DNA of 64,000 nucleotides from Guillardia theta CCMP2712 (lineage: Eukaryota > Protista > Cryptophyta): positions 387,604 through 451,603 of the forward strand of contig NW_005434618.1 in assembly GCF_000315625.1 (NCBI RefSeq). The letters are read 5' to 3'. Both the position numbers and the translations under genes were made by a program. This document shows, piece by piece, positions 63,211-64,000 of the stretch. Within the stretch, counting starts at the first letter, position 1. Every line of letters begins with the position of its first letter. The notes beneath the pieces were generated by a model, which made no database searches, was not told where the DNA came from, and was given only the letters and a program-made list of their open reading frames with translations.

Positions 63211-64000
63211 ATGAAGAAGAGCTCTACCAAGACGATTAACAAGCGCTCTGGTTTCTTCTACGGGTCTTCAGATGGGCACCCTATCGTATGGAACAACGAC
63301 TGGAACTCGCTCATCCAAAAGGAGGTGGCGGCTCGCGACGAATTTTCTCGCAAGTTCATGACAGGTAAGATCCGCCCACAGCCTCCTGTGTATGCAGACA
63401 TCAGCATGGACAACACCAACTGGAACAGCTTACTGCGCTCCACGTACTCAGATTTAGGGCGATGGGGGGATGAGGTAAGAGGAGGAGTGAAGGGAGAGGG
63501 GAGGATGACTCTGACTTGCTGGCAGACGTTTCGGGAGTCAGTTCCTCACAAGGTGCTGAAGAAGGAGGCAGAGCTTCCTTCCCTTCCTGGCACGCCCGAG
63601 CGAACCGACAGGCTGTCTGAGTTCGCCTACAAACATGCGCGGTGAAGCTATTTGAGCCCTTCGCCTCTCACTTGCCTGGAAGATTTCAACTCGGAAAGCA
63701 TGTCAACCAAGATATGGTCTCAGTGCTTGTCCTCCCTCCCTCCCTCCCTCCCTCCCTCCCCTCCCCCAGCTCCCCTCTCTTTCTCATCTAACCTCCCCTC
63801 CCCTCCCCTCCCTCCCTCCCCCTGATGATCGCTGCAGCTAACGAGCAAAGTTGAGAAGCACAAGTCCAAGAAGAAGTCGCACGAGGGGGAAGAAAAATCA
63901 AACGAAAAGGGAGAGGGGGAGGAGGGGAAGGGGGAGCTCAGAGATCTTCTTGCGGCCTGTCTCAGCACAGACAGCAGAGGAATCAAGGTGTTTCTCCTCC
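63211..64000 (+). CDS. Hypothetical multi-exon protein, runs off the window
   Basis: ATG 63211, coding-like exons separated by short GT-AG introns. Confidence 0.5.

Overview
Eukaryotic nuclear DNA with dense genes, short GT-AG introns and many microsatellites. Bipartite signal/transit presequences, IFT80 and an ejectisin-like peptide family suggest a cryptophyte alga such as Guillardia (inference). Housekeeping-type genes: MDP-1 phosphatase fused to a KH domain, DEDDh RNA exonuclease, LONRF-type RING/TPR/LON protein, single-domain voltage-gated cation channel, EB1-like protein, putative SAM methyltransferase, tRNA-Pro(AGG), TIP30-like oxidoreductase, IFT80, ThiE/TenI, lipin, D-2-hydroxyacid dehydrogenase, FIG4/SAC phosphatase, cN-II 5'-nucleotidase, histidine phosphatase, P/U-type cyclin and an Iwr1-like protein. 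Two structures stand out. (1) A ~4.9 kb intronless, AT-richer insertion (28480-33415) is bounded by an exact 35-bp direct repeat. It carries a RAG1/Transib-like DDE transposase tail-to-tail with a BAH-like-domain gene: ProtoRAG-like geometry, but with a different partner and no evident TIRs. (2) Four identical copies of a 56-aa peptide gene, missed by the ORF track, form two head-to-head palindromic pairs (16.3-17.2 and 22.8-23.7 kb) and are probably ejectisome structural proteins. Multi-exon gene models were assembled by eye and their ends are approximate.
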